Source: a virus (lineage: Duplodnaviria; Caudoviricetes). Taken from it: a stretch of DNA of 44,996 bases. The stretch spans positions 1 to 44,996 of IMG/VR virus record IMGVR_UViG_3300036713_000269; one strand, written 5' to 3'. A model generated the notes under the pieces. It made no database searches. It saw only the letters and a program-made list of their open reading frames with translations, and was not told the origin of the DNA. The position numbers and the translations under genes were made by a program. Below are positions 17,053 through 27,552 of this stretch, one piece after another. Numbering within the stretch: position 1 is the first letter of the stretch; each line of letters starts with the position of its first letter.

Positions 17053-18351
17053 ATGGGGTACGGAGCCGGAGTCGGCGCTCTCGCTGGAGCCTACGGAGGC
17101 TATCAGCAGGCGCAGCAGTACAACGACTGGCAGCAGCAGAACTCGCAGCCCACCGAGCTTTACGGCACCTCCGGTACCAACCAGGGACCGATGGAGGACT
17201 ACAACCGCTACATCGTCGAGGAGGCGATGCGGATGTACCAGGACCCGTCGACCTGGCAGGGTGGCGGCGGAGCTGGCCGCAACACCCGCGAGATTGCGGA
17301 CTACATGTCCAACTACGCCATGGGCGGCAACCCGCTCGGGCAGGCCGTGGGCGACTTCTCCCAGCAGGCGATGGGCGGGGCGACCAACGACTGGCAGAAT
17401 CAGGCATGGCAGAACGTCAGCGGCGGGCCGATCAACGAGTACATCCAGCAGGCGATGGCGGCTGGGTTCGGTCAGCCGGGCGGGCAGGGCGGCGCAGGTG
17501 GAGCGGGCGGCGGCGGATACAACGCCTCCTGGGGCGGCGGCGGCGGAGCCGGAGCTGGACCAGGTCGCTTCGAGAACCTGGCCTATGAGCGGGCGAATGC
17601 CGACTATGAGTCGAACCCCTACCTCCAGAAGATGATCGACGCCGCAGCGCGTGGCACCACCCGCGAGTACCAGCGGGGTATCGAAGGCATCAACTCCAAC
17701 GCGGCCAATGCAGGTCGCTACGGGTCGGGCGCCTTCCAGCTCGCTCAGGGCCTCGCGGCCAGCGACTACGGCAAGACTCTCGGTGACATGAACACCCAGG
17801 CCCACTACCAGGACTACAACGACTTCAACCAGAGGCAGATGCAGTACGCGGGGATGGGTGGCGGCTGGGAGAACTCCCGCCAGAACGCCAACACTGCGGC
17901 AGCTACCGCTCGCGCTGGGCAGGCCTCGGCGGCGGGGACGGCCCGCTACGGCATGGACCTTGGCCACCAGCAGCAGATGTCCAACATGGCGCTCCAGGCG
18001 ATCTTGGGTCAGAACCAGAACATGCTCTACGGCGGGCAGGCGCTGGCCGAGAACCAGATGATGGGTGCTCAGCTCGGCCAGAGTCAGCAGCAGCTCGACA
18101 TGGCGGGCCTTCAGCAGGCGTTCGGCATGAACCAGGGCGTCGACCGGGCCCGCAACGCCGGCCGAGTCGACCCCTGGGACAACCTGGGCAACCTGGCCCG
18201 GATGATCAACGCGGGAGGCTCTCCCTTCTACGAGCAGTACCGGAACCAGCAGCAGCCGGGCGCAGCCTACGGCCAGGTCCCCATGGACGTGTGGGCCAAC
18301 ACACTGGGAGGCGCGGCAACAGGCTACGCCGCAGGTAGCGGAGGAGGCTAG
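17053..18351 (+). CDS. Putative DNA-ejection (internal virion) protein
   Basis: G/A/Q/N-rich, Gly-zipper ends, NPYLQ..GRYGSG motif; position. Confidence 0.65.
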   Translation: MGYGAGVGALAGAYGGYQQAQQYNDWQQQNSQPTELYGTSGTNQGPMEDYNRYIVEEAMRMYQDPSTWQGGGGAGRNTREIADYMSNYAMGGNPLGQAVGDFSQQAMGGATNDWQNQAWQNVSGGPINEYIQQAMAAGFGQPGGQGGAGGAGGGGYNASWGGGGGAGAGPGRFENLAYERANADYESNPYLQKMIDAAARGTTREYQRGIEGINSNAANAGRYGSGAFQLAQGLAASDYGKTLGDMNTQAHYQDYNDFNQRQMQYAGMGGGWENSRQNANTAAATARAGQASAAGTARYGMDLGHQQQMSNMALQAILGQNQNMLYGGQALAENQMMGAQLGQSQQQLDMAGLQQAFGMNQGVDRARNAGRVDPWDNLGNLARMINAGGSPFYEQYRNQQQPGAAYGQVPMDVWANTLGGAATGYAAGSGGG

Positions 18352-18353
18352 AC

Positions 18354-19580
18354 ATGGGTTTCCTGGACTGGCTCAAGGGGACGCCCGAGTACTACGACAA
18401 CGTGTACGGGGAAGACCCCCGGTTCGGCACGCCGCAGGGCGGGATAGGCTCAGCTCTCGCCGGCGATCGAATGCTCGCCATCGGCTCCGCCCTGTCGGGC
18501 TCCCGACTGGGCGAGGGCATGGGGAACCTGTCCAAGGGGCTGCTCGCCGGCCGCCAGCACGAGCAGCAGCAGCTCGCTCAGATCAAGCAGGCAGAGGAGG
18601 CTGCGGAGAAGCTCAAGTACCAGCGCGGCCTCGACAGGTACGACATGGAGCGGGAGAAGGCCGCCGATGCAAGGGCTACGGAAGTGTACGAGAGGCAGCT
18701 GGCCGACAGGGACCAGAGGGGTCGACTGGAAGAGGGCCAGAGGATGACCGACCGCCTGTTTGTCGAGCACATGACGAAGCCAGGGGGAGACCCCCGCTTC
18801 CAGGGCATGACAGACCGCAGTCAGATCGAGGCCATCCAGGCCGGGGATCGGGACATGGAGCGGTACGAGAAGAAGCTCGGAGTGGACTACGATTTCAGGG
18901 CCAGAGCCAACCGCGACGCCATCGCCTTCCAGGAGAAGGAGCGCGCAAGACTAGAAGCCGAGGCACGAGACAAGGCGAGAAGAGACAATCCGATGCTCGA
19001 CCTCATAAGGGACGCGGACGGGAAGCCTCTTCCGAGGGAGGTCGCACAGGCGATACTCGACCTTGACGCATTCGTCCCCGTGATGGAGTACGACGAGAAG
19101 ACCGGGAAGGGGTACCCGACGGGTCTCTACAAGATGTCGCCGGACCCGAAGCTGTTCGGCGCGGTGGAGAAGAAAGTTTTCGCAACCCGCGCCCTCCGGG
19201 AGGAAGATCCGAATGCGCTGACCCCGGAGGACGAACTCTCGCGTCAGCTTGCGACGCTGATCGGGCCGCGCCTCCCCGAGGATGACCCCACGGTGAAGCC
19301 GGGAGGTGGGATCAATACCGAGAACGACGTCCAGAAGGCCGAGCGTCGCAAGGAGAAGCTGATTGAGAGCCTGGGGAAGCAGGGGCTCAGTGACGACGAC
19401 TTGCAGAGAGCCATGTACAAGGTCTACAAAGGTGATGGTCCCGAGTCCGAGGCGGCTCGACGAGAGCTGTACACCATCATCAGGCAGAGGTACCCGGCCC
19501 CGATGACCTTCTTTGACCACCTCTTCACGGGTGCGCCCACGGGTGTAGACTCCGGCGGGTTCACTCCAGGGAGATACTAG
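18354..19580 (+). CDS. Putative DNA-ejection protein
   Basis: Gly-rich N-terminus plus charged coiled coil; position. Confidence 0.55.
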   Translation: MGFLDWLKGTPEYYDNVYGEDPRFGTPQGGIGSALAGDRMLAIGSALSGSRLGEGMGNLSKGLLAGRQHEQQQLAQIKQAEEAAEKLKYQRGLDRYDMEREKAADARATEVYERQLADRDQRGRLEEGQRMTDRLFVEHMTKPGGDPRFQGMTDRSQIEAIQAGDRDMERYEKKLGVDYDFRARANRDAIAFQEKERARLEAEARDKARRDNPMLDLIRDADGKPLPREVAQAILDLDAFVPVMEYDEKTGKGYPTGLYKMSPDPKLFGAVEKKVFATRALREEDPNALTPEDELSRQLATLIGPRLPEDDPTVKPGGGINTENDVQKAERRKEKLIESLGKQGLSDDDLQRAMYKVYKGDGPESEAARRELYTIIRQRYPAPMTFFDHLFTGAPTGVDSGGFTPGRY

Positions 19581-19582
19581 GA

Positions 19583-22500
19583 GTGGGCTGGGTTGACCCT
19601 ATCCTGGGTCCAGAGTTCGACTACCTCGACGGCGAAGAGGAAGAGGAGCTGTCGCTATGGGAGCGGCTGTTCGGCAAGAAGGAGGAGGATAACCCGGACA
19701 AGGTCTTCCTCAATCCCGAGTACGACGTACTCGACGGCGACACGGTCAGGACGGCCGAGGAGAGGCTGCGAGTCTTCGGCATCGACGCACCCGAGCACGG
19801 GCAGCCCTTCGCCCGCCACTCGCGGATGCTTGCCGAGGAGCTGCTGAGCGGGCAGGAGACCCGAGTCACCCCGCGTGACGTGGACCCCTTCGGGCGGACG
19901 GTCGCCTCGCTCGAACCGGGAGGCGAGGACTTCGCTCGCCGCATGATCGAGGCTGGCCTAGCCTGGGACTACGACCGCTACTCCAAGGACCCCGAGCAGG
20001 CGGCTGCGATGGAGGCGGCGCGAGCAGCCGGAAAAGGACTGTGGGCCGATGCGAATCCGCAGGCGCCCTGGGACTTCCGCCATCCCGGGGGGGCGCCGGC
20101 GGGGGGCAACCCGGACGACGTCTTCCTCAGCTCCGAGTGGGACGAGATAGAGAGCGAGCTGGACAGGGCCGGAGAGAACAGCGCCGTTCGGGCTCTGAAA
20201 GCTGGCGGAGTGGGAATCGGCGCCGCGACCAACTACCTCGCCGGCGCCGGCGCACGCCTCCTGGAGGACACCACCTTCGAGGCCCCGATCAACGCCCTCG
20301 GCCGCCTGTTCGGGGAGCGTGACCTCACCACGGCCTCCGCCGAAGGGCGCGAGGAGAGGGGTGCCGAGCTGACTGCCGTGGCGGCCGGCATCCGGCCCGA
20401 GAACACTGACATCCGGGCGGAGTTCGAGGAGGGCGACTGGGGCGGGACGGCCAGGGCTGCGGGGCTCACCTTCCTGGAGAGCCTGCCCAACATGGCAGCC
20501 ACGGCGGGGATGGCGCTGATCCCGGCCGCCTGGGCGCCGGCGGCTGCCGCCACCACGGGGATGGTCTTGGAGGGCGGCAGTCACTACGGCGAGGGGATCG
20601 AGTCCGGGGCAGCCGACAACTTGGCGTTCGGGAAGCAGCAGGCCGCCTTCAACGCCTTCGCCTACGGTGCCGTGGCCGGCCTCCTGGAGGCCGGGGGCGT
20701 CAGGGGCATGCAGGCCGCCATGGACAGCGTGGCCAAGAAGTACGGCGAGGGCGCCTACAAGATGCTGGCCGCCAAGATGCCGGGGATCATGAAGGCAGCC
20801 TTGAGCGAGGGGGCCACCGAGGCGTCCCAGGCTGGCGCTCAGATGGTGTTCGAGGCCGGCGAGTCTCGCGGCCCCGAGACGGTGGCCGACGTCCTCTGGC
20901 GTGGCTTCATCGAGGGTGGCCTTGGCGCCGCCGGCGGTGGGGCGATCGGAACGATCGGAGCGGCAGCCAACTTCCAGACCACTGCTGCGAAGCTGGCCGA
21001 AGAGAACGAGGTGACGGGGGCGCATCTCGCGTTCGAGGGAGCCGCCGCGCCGATCGTCGAGCCGTCCAAGGCGTCGCAGCGGATTCCGTATCAGGCTCCA
21101 CCTGGCCCTGAGGTGTCGCCAGAAGACATCATGGGAAGCTTCCCGGTCGACGAGCGGCAGCAGAAGCTCATAGGGCCGTACGATCGCCTCCCCTCACGCA
21201 TCGAGGGGCCGATGAACGAGACGCTGATTCCGGAGTGGCCGGATGACGAGGCGTCCCGAGCCATCGACTACATGCCGACCAGCGAGCAGATGCGCGAGGA
21301 GCGTGGGTGGTTCGGGCCTGACGATCAGACCTGGGAGGGTCCGGGGTCAGAGGAGATCGCCGAGCTGGAGCTGGAGCTGGAAGATCTCCGCAAGAGATAC
21401 CGGATGGCTCCCACCGAGCCAATCCGCGAGGACATCCTGGCCAAGGCGGCGGAGATCAAGGCCCAGATCGAGGCGATCGAGGCGGACCCGCTCGGCGACA
21501 TGGTCATCGCGGGCGAGTCCGAGGAAGACGCCAAGGTCGAGCGCATCGGGCCTGAGGCTGGCCCAGTGAAGTGGAGCCCGGTCCGCAGCAACAAGGCTCA
21601 CGACGAGGCCTTCCGCAAGAAGTTCGGCGAGCCCGAGGACGTCTCTCGGAAGAAGTCTGCCAGCAGAAAAGCGTTCGAGGACTTCGCCCACAGCAGCGAA
21701 GAGAACCTCCAGATCCTCGACAACTTCATCGAACGTGACGAGCGCGAGCCCGGTCCGGTAGTCTGGAAGCAGGTCCACGAGGAGCCCGTCGAGAAGCCAG
21801 TCCACGAGAAGCCCGACCAGGACTGGCGCGTCCGGATGCGCGAGATCGACCGTGACCTCGACAGGGTCAACGACGAGGACATGGACGACGGGCGTACTCC
21901 CCCCGAGGGGTTGGAGAACATCGGTGGCGACATCGACAGAGCCTACGTCCTGGAGCGCGAACGCCTCAACCTGATCCACGGTCGGGTCCGCGAGATTGCC
22001 CAGCGGCTGCGAGTCCTGAAGGAGCGAGGCCAGAACAAGCTCAAGCTGGCCGAGCCCGAGGTCCACGCCGCCCACCTGGAGGCGGAGATCAAGAGGGAGC
22101 AAGCGAAGCTTGCGCTGGCCAAGCCGGGCAAGAAGAAGAAGATCGCCCGCAGACTGAAGCATCTCAAGGCTCGTCTGGTGGAGGCCAAGCGGGCGAGCTA
22201 TGCGGACCTCAAACTGAAGCTGGAGCAGCTTCGCAGTGAGGCGAGGGATGGCTCGGTCAGGCGGCGGGAAGGCGTCACCGTCGACGAGATCAAGGCCGAG
22301 GCCGAAGCGGTCAAGGCCGAGATGGCCGAGATCAAGAAGGCCGGGCTGAGCGCCAAGGCCGATGCGAAGCTGAAGAAGACGAAGACGCCCGCAGCCCGCG
22401 CTCAGGATGAGGCTGTCCTGGAGGAGATGCGGCTGGAGTATGCCGACCTGCGCAACGAGATGCGCGAGCTGCTGGAGGAAGACCCGGAGTACTTCGAGAA

Positions 22501-25500
22501 GATCCAGTGGGGGGATGACTTCAAGAAGGGTCGGAAGCCGTACGAGGCCTCGGATGACCCCCGCGACATAGCCAACTTCAAAGAGGTGGAAGCTGCGCGG
22601 AAGGCGATGCAGGAGATTCTCGTCGACCGAGAGTGGGAGGGGGCACCTCCAGTCGACACCGATGGGATCGACAAGGCCTTGGCTCAGATCGAGGCGGGCC
22701 GCAAGAAGGTCGAGGCTCGCCCCAAGGAGCTTGAGAGCGAGCTGGAGGAGCTGCGGCGGCTGTACCAGATAGCGAGCCCCGAGGACCGCCCGGCCATCCT
22801 GGCTGCGTCCGATCAGACGACTCAGATCAGGCAGAACGAGGCTCGGAGGAATGCCCTGAGGGAGCGGTGGAAGAAGCTGCACCCGAAGGACTCGAAGGGC
22901 AAGAGGAAGAGGAAGAGATCTCGCGGTGAGGGGAACCGCCAGCTTCTCCAGCGCCCGGGTATGGTTCGGCAGAAGTGGAGCCCTGAGCCCGCGGAGTTCA
23001 CCTACAAGGAGAAGGACGGTAACGTCGAGGTCTACAACCGCAAGGGCACGCTCGTCAAGACCATCGAGAAGCGCGAGGTCTCCGAAGAGGTCGCCGAGCG
23101 CCCTCGCCCCGTCAACGTTCCAAAGGGGAAGAAGGCGCGGGAGCTGACCCCCGAGAAGCGGAGGCGGCTGGAAGAGCTGCGCGTGATGGTGCCGGAGTAC
23201 GAGGCAATCGTCGAGCGGCTCAAGAAGCAGGGCGCCGAGGAGGACATCACCGGGAGCATCGAGGCTGACCTGGTGGAGTGGAAGAAGGAGCTGGCGGGGC
23301 TGGAGAAGTTCGTTGCCCCCTCGAAGGCTGCCCTCGCCAGGCTCCCCGAGGAGCACACGTACGAGGACCTCGGCGACGGCTTCACCGCAGCCTACAACAG
23401 CAAGGGCAAGCTCGTCAGAGTCACCAAGAAGGGCGAGCCCGAGGCGGCTGCCGAGCCTCAGCAGAAGGCCAAGGCGACCGATGAGTCGCACCGCATCGTG
23501 CCCAGGCTGGACGAGAGGGTCGCCGAAGAGCTGGACGAAGCTCTCGACTCGGACGACGACCTCCCCGCCCCCATGGTCGAGCGTGACCCTGACGCGGTCG
23601 GGATCATGCCCTACAGCCAGCGAGTCGAGGACATCAAGAGGAACATCGATAGCGACGAGTTCGCCTACCAGGCCGGCAAGGTGTTCTCGGGTGACCAGGG
23701 GCGCCCGCACGACACCGAGACCCTCCACGAGGGCAGGGAGGGGATGGTCAACGCGGAGCTGTACAAGGTCGAGGAGAACTCCAAGATCCTCGACAAGGCC
23801 GTTGACGCCTACGTCAAGGCCAAGATGCTGAACTCCTCCCAGTTCCGCGAGCTGCGGGAGAAGATCTACGATCACCTCACAACCGGTGACCTCGCGACAG
23901 CGAAAGCCCTCGGGCTGGACCCGAAGACTCCGAAGACTCTTGCCGTGGTCGAGGCGACCCAGGCGATCCGGGACCACAAGACTCAGATCGAGGAGAAGAT
24001 CATCAACTCCGGAGTCTTCAAGGGCACCTTCCTGGAGGCGGTCAAGGATAACCTCGGCAAGCACATGCAGCGGGTCTACGCTGCACACCACACCAAGGAC
24101 CCCAAGCTGGTGGGGCAGGCCATGGGGAAGAGGTCGTTCCTTCAGCAGCAGCTGGACGACAAGCCGCGCTGGGACGCGATGCGCAAGTGGATGATCGAGA
24201 ACACCGTGCTGGGCGACCGGTGGATGAAGGAGACCAGCGGGAACTACAGCGGCGCAGTCACCCTGGACGCCGTCGCCAACCATAGCCAGTCCATGCACGA
24301 CGAGCTGATCGGGATCGCCGACGTGAGTATGAGAGAGATGCTGGGGACCGCCAGGCCCAACAAGAAGCTGGGCAAGCGGAAGAAGATCTCCCAGTGGAAG
24401 GCGGCGAACGCGGTCGAGCAGCAGGCCCACAAGGGGCTCAAGGAAGGGCAGGTAGCCAAGGCTGGCGACCGACGGGTCCGCAAGGTTAACGGCAAGATCC
24501 AGGTCCTGACGGAGGGCGAGCTGCCGAAGGTGATGCGGGAGTTCTACGGCGAGATCAAGGACCCCACGGTGTCCTACGGCATCGCCGTGAAAGAGGCGAT
24601 GGAGAAGATCGCGACCGCGACGTTCCTCACCGAGATGCTCCTCCAGGACCGGGCCAAGGCCCCGTCCAAGAGACGCATCTTCGAGAAGAAGGCGAACGTC
24701 CCGGAGGGCGTGAACCCGGTCCCGATCAGGGGTGACGCCTCGGTCAACCCGATGGTCCGCAAGAAGGGCGGGCCGATGTACACCGACAAGGACACGGCCG
24801 AGATCATCAAGGACTTCGAGCGTCGCCTGATGATGGGCCAGGACATGAACTCGGCTCGGCAGCTCGCCAAGTGGTACATGACCGGCGCCCGCGTGGTCAA
24901 GGCGAACCTCACCGTCGGCAACCTCCCCACGCAGGCTCGTAACATCGCTGCCTGGCCGTCGATCATGATGTCCCTCGGGATCTACGACCCGAGGCGGATG
25001 GGCGACGCCGTCAAGCTCTTCGCGAAGCTCTCCTCCGGCACGCCGCTCAGTAAGATAGAGATGGACGACCTCAACAAGACTGCCGAGGAGTTCTACGCCC
25101 ACAACCTCGGCAACCACGACATCTTCAGCGTGGACGCTGCCCTGCGGTACCAGGACATGACCGAGCTGAAGATCCCCACCGCGCAGACCAAGTGGCTGTC
25201 GCCGAAGGGCGCGACGGTCAAGCCCATCAAGATGACGTGGGACTTCCTAGTCCGCGCCTACAAGGCCGGTGACGAGGCGCCCAAGCTGATCATCTTCAAG
25301 GTTCTCACCGAGCGGCTGGTGGAGCAGGGGGTCGACAAGAAGGACGCCATGAAGATGGCCGCGTTCGAGGTCCGAAACATGACCCCGAACTACGACAAGG
25401 TCCCCGAGTGGCTGCAGAAGCTCTCCGACGTGTTCCCTCTCGCCCCGTTCGCCCGGTTCCCTGCCGAGGCCTCGTACCGCAACTTCAAGAACAACCTCAA

Positions 25501-26581
25501 GATGCTGCGCCACGAGATGCACCATGCCGAAATCATGGGCCCCATGGGAGCCAAGTGGAAGCAGGCCCCCGATATCAACCTGACTAAGGAACAGTGGAAG
25601 GGCCGAGCTATCCGGCGGATGATCGGAATCACTGTCCACAACGTCGTCGGCGCGTCCGTCCTGGGGGCGATCATCAACAACGGCGTCATTCCACTCTTCA
25701 AGGCGATGGGCTTCGGAGACGACGAGAACGAAGAGACCCGCAAGGCCATGTTCTTCAAGGGGCAGGAGTTCATCCACCGCGTCGGCCCCCCGTGGTACGA
25801 AAATGACCTGCAGGTAATGGTCACGCACGAGCCGGGGAAGAGGGGTATGGCCCTCTCGATCACCAACCTGTTCGCCTCCGCCGACCTCATGAGAACCTTC
25901 GTAGCAGGCATGAAGGCGGTGAAGAACAAGGACACAGACTTCTGGGACGTCGCCAAGGAGCTGATCTCGCCGGTGACTGCGCGAGATCCGATGACCGAGA
26001 CCCTCATCAGCTGGCTGATGATGAACCGCGACCAGTACGGCAAGAAGATCATGATCGAGGGCGCGGGCAAGGCGGAGAACTTCTTCCGGGGTCTCGACTA
26101 CTCCTTCTCCCGGGCTGGCGGCGGGCTCAGGACCATCGACCGCGTGGCTCAGGGCCTCGGCGTCACGCACGGGATCAAGCCCTGGCGCTACGCCGGGCTG
26201 GGGGTCAGGGACCAGAAGAAGTACAACGCTACCCTGGAGGTCGTGGCGCTCCTGGGGGCCAGGTTCTACGAGATCGACTACGGCAAGTCCCTCTTCTTCG
26301 AGAGCCGGGGAGCGTACGAGTCGATCATCGCGACAGGAAAGAAGGACGAAAACGGCGAGAAGGTGTACGATCAGAAGGTGATCGACGCCAACGTCGAACA
26401 ACTCAAGGACCTCGTCGAGAAGCTCACCACCCATGGTGGAATGACAGCGAAGCAGATCAACGAGCAGCTCAACCAGTCCGGACTGAAGTCGGAGTGGAAG
26501 AGCCTGATTACAGGAGGTAGTACTGGTGAGCGTAAACTACGGAGACGTCGTAAAGTCCGTAAGCGACGAAGCCGCCAATGA
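19583..26581 (+). CDS. Giant internal virion/ejection (polyvalent-type) protein with N-terminal thermonuclease (SNase) domain
   Basis: DGDT..RLRVFGIDAPE..DPFGRT..GLAW..GKGLW..PWDFR; 2332 aa; position of the largest ejection protein. Confidence 0.8.
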   Translation: MGWVDPILGPEFDYLDGEEEEELSLWERLFGKKEEDNPDKVFLNPEYDVLDGDTVRTAEERLRVFGIDAPEHGQPFARHSRMLAEELLSGQETRVTPRDVDPFGRTVASLEPGGEDFARRMIEAGLAWDYDRYSKDPEQAAAMEAARAAGKGLWADANPQAPWDFRHPGGAPAGGNPDDVFLSSEWDEIESELDRAGENSAVRALKAGGVGIGAATNYLAGAGARLLEDTTFEAPINALGRLFGERDLTTASAEGREERGAELTAVAAGIRPENTDIRAEFEEGDWGGTARAAGLTFLESLPNMAATAGMALIPAAWAPAAAATTGMVLEGGSHYGEGIESGAADNLAFGKQQAAFNAFAYGAVAGLLEAGGVRGMQAAMDSVAKKYGEGAYKMLAAKMPGIMKAALSEGATEASQAGAQMVFEAGESRGPETVADVLWRGFIEGGLGAAGGGAIGTIGAAANFQTTAAKLAEENEVTGAHLAFEGAAAPIVEPSKASQRIPYQAPPGPEVSPEDIMGSFPVDERQQKLIGPYDRLPSRIEGPMNETLIPEWPDDEASRAIDYMPTSEQMREERGWFGPDDQTWEGPGSEEIAELELELEDLRKRYRMAPTEPIREDILAKAAEIKAQIEAIEADPLGDMVIAGESEEDAKVERIGPEAGPVKWSPVRSNKAHDEAFRKKFGEPEDVSRKKSASRKAFEDFAHSSEENLQILDNFIERDEREPGPVVWKQVHEEPVEKPVHEKPDQDWRVRMREIDRDLDRVNDEDMDDGRTPPEGLENIGGDIDRAYVLERERLNLIHGRVREIAQRLRVLKERGQNKLKLAEPEVHAAHLEAEIKREQAKLALAKPGKKKKIARRLKHLKARLVEAKRASYADLKLKLEQLRSEARDGSVRRREGVTVDEIKAEAEAVKAEMAEIKKAGLSAKADAKLKKTKTPAARAQDEAVLEEMRLEYADLRNEMRELLEEDPEYFEKIQWGDDFKKGRKPYEASDDPRDIANFKEVEAARKAMQEILVDREWEGAPPVDTDGIDKALAQIEAGRKKVEARPKELESELEELRRLYQIASPEDRPAILAASDQTTQIRQNEARRNALRERWKKLHPKDSKGKRKRKRSRGEGNRQLLQRPGMVRQKWSPEPAEFTYKEKDGNVEVYNRKGTLVKTIEKREVSEEVAERPRPVNVPKGKKARELTPEKRRRLEELRVMVPEYEAIVERLKKQGAEEDITGSIEADLVEWKKELAGLEKFVAPSKAALARLPEEHTYEDLGDGFTAAYNSKGKLVRVTKKGEPEAAAEPQQKAKATDESHRIVPRLDERVAEELDEALDSDDDLPAPMVERDPDAVGIMPYSQRVEDIKRNIDSDEFAYQAGKVFSGDQGRPHDTETLHEGREGMVNAELYKVEENSKILDKAVDAYVKAKMLNSSQFRELREKIYDHLTTGDLATAKALGLDPKTPKTLAVVEATQAIRDHKTQIEEKIINSGVFKGTFLEAVKDNLGKHMQRVYAAHHTKDPKLVGQAMGKRSFLQQQLDDKPRWDAMRKWMIENTVLGDRWMKETSGNYSGAVTLDAVANHSQSMHDELIGIADVSMREMLGTARPNKKLGKRKKISQWKAANAVEQQAHKGLKEGQVAKAGDRRVRKVNGKIQVLTEGELPKVMREFYGEIKDPTVSYGIAVKEAMEKIATATFLTEMLLQDRAKAPSKRRIFEKKANVPEGVNPVPIRGDASVNPMVRKKGGPMYTDKDTAEIIKDFERRLMMGQDMNSARQLAKWYMTGARVVKANLTVGNLPTQARNIAAWPSIMMSLGIYDPRRMGDAVKLFAKLSSGTPLSKIEMDDLNKTAEEFYAHNLGNHDIFSVDAALRYQDMTELKIPTAQTKWLSPKGATVKPIKMTWDFLVRAYKAGDEAPKLIIFKVLTERLVEQGVDKKDAMKMAAFEVRNMTPNYDKVPEWLQKLSDVFPLAPFARFPAEASYRNFKNNLKMLRHEMHHAEIMGPMGAKWKQAPDINLTKEQWKGRAIRRMIGITVHNVVGASVLGAIINNGVIPLFKAMGFGDDENEETRKAMFFKGQEFIHRVGPPWYENDLQVMVTHEPGKRGMALSITNLFASADLMRTFVAGMKAVKNKDTDFWDVAKELISPVTARDPMTETLISWLMMNRDQYGKKIMIEGAGKAENFFRGLDYSFSRAGGGLRTIDRVAQGLGVTHGIKPWRYAGLGVRDQKKYNATLEVVALLGARFYEIDYGKSLFFESRGAYESIIATGKKDENGEKVYDQKVIDANVEQLKDLVEKLTTHGGMTAKQINEQLNQSGLKSEWKSLITGGSTGERKLRRRRKVRKRRSRQ

Positions 26582-26966
26582 TTCCGACAAGACGATTCTG
26601 ACGGTAGACGCCGGGAGGACCTGGACGGTCGTCATGCTCCGAGTGGAGCTGGCCACGACCGCCACGGTCGGCGACCGAGACGTGGTGGTCGAGGTGCTCG
26701 ACAGCGCCAGCGACGTGCTGTTCCGCTTCCGGAGCGGCGTGGTCGTCGAGGCCAGCCTGAGCCGCGTCTTCAACTGGGGCGCCGGGATGCCCCAGGCAGC
26801 CGAGTTCTCGGGGTCCACCGAAATGTACTGCGCACTGCCGCCAGGGGGAATTCCCCTCCAGGCCGGTGAGATGCTGCGAGTCTACGACATCAACGCCGTC
26901 GACGCCGCAGCGGACGACATGGTCACGCACGTGCGCTACACCATCACTCGAAACAACAGGGGATAG
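26526..26966 (+). CDS. Small beta-rich virion protein
   Basis: SD AGGAGG before GTG; overlaps giant gene by 56 bp. Confidence 0.6.
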   Translation: MSVNYGDVVKSVSDEAANDSDKTILTVDAGRTWTVVMLRVELATTATVGDRDVVVEVLDSASDVLFRFRSGVVVEASLSRVFNWGAGMPQAAEFSGSTEMYCALPPGGIPLQAGEMLRVYDINAVDAAADDMVTHVRYTITRNNRG

Positions 26967-26968
26967 AT

Positions 26969-27550
26969 ATGCCCAGAGACACGATCAAGCGACACAAGGA
27001 CTGCGAAGTCTGGGTCAAGAAAATCAACGTCGGCGGAACCGAGCAGACTGCGACGGCTGCCGAGGTCAATGCCGTCTGCGACGGCAACACCGCCACCGCT
27101 GCGGAGATCACCTCCCTCTGCGACGGCTGCACCGTGACCGCTGCTCAGCTGAATGCCATGTATGCGGGCCTCGTCCCGAAGACTGACATCACCACGGTGG
27201 ACTCCAGCGCCGGCGGCACCGCGCAGAGCGCCAACTGCACCCTCGTCCCGGCCGACTCCCTCCTGCTCAACGTGCAGGCCGTCGTCGCGACCGCGATGGA
27301 CGGCGACACGACCAAGACCTTCGAGGTCGGGGTCAGCGGCAACACCGACGCCTACATCGACCCGTCGGACTTCGACCCGTCGGCCGCAGCCAACACCGAC
27401 GCCAGCATGATCGGTGGCACCAACAACGACGAGAAGGCCCCGCAGTACTTGGCGGCTGCCACGCAGCTCGTGGCCACGTGGACCAACACCGCGTCCGCCA
27501 CGGCGGGCTCAACCAAGGTGATCGTCACCTACATCGACCTGAGCCCGTAG
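26969..27550 (+). CDS. Putative capsid fibre/decoration protein
   Basis: Three T(A/V)TAA(E/Q) repeats (two followed by CDG) plus a beta domain. Confidence 0.55.
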   Translation: MPRDTIKRHKDCEVWVKKINVGGTEQTATAAEVNAVCDGNTATAAEITSLCDGCTVTAAQLNAMYAGLVPKTDITTVDSSAGGTAQSANCTLVPADSLLLNVQAVVATAMDGDTTKTFEVGVSGNTDAYIDPSDFDPSAAANTDASMIGGTNNDEKAPQYLAAATQLVATWTNTASATAGSTKVIVTYIDLSP

Positions 27551-27552
27551 TC

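Noticed and set aside
21347-25117. 1256-aa minus-strand ORF and other long antisense ORFs
   Set aside because: Shadow frames of high-GC3 plus-strand genes; no motifs or RBS.
26526-26581. NLS-like RKLRRRRKVRKRR tail on the giant protein
   Set aside because: Arises from the 56-bp overlap with the next gene's reading frame.
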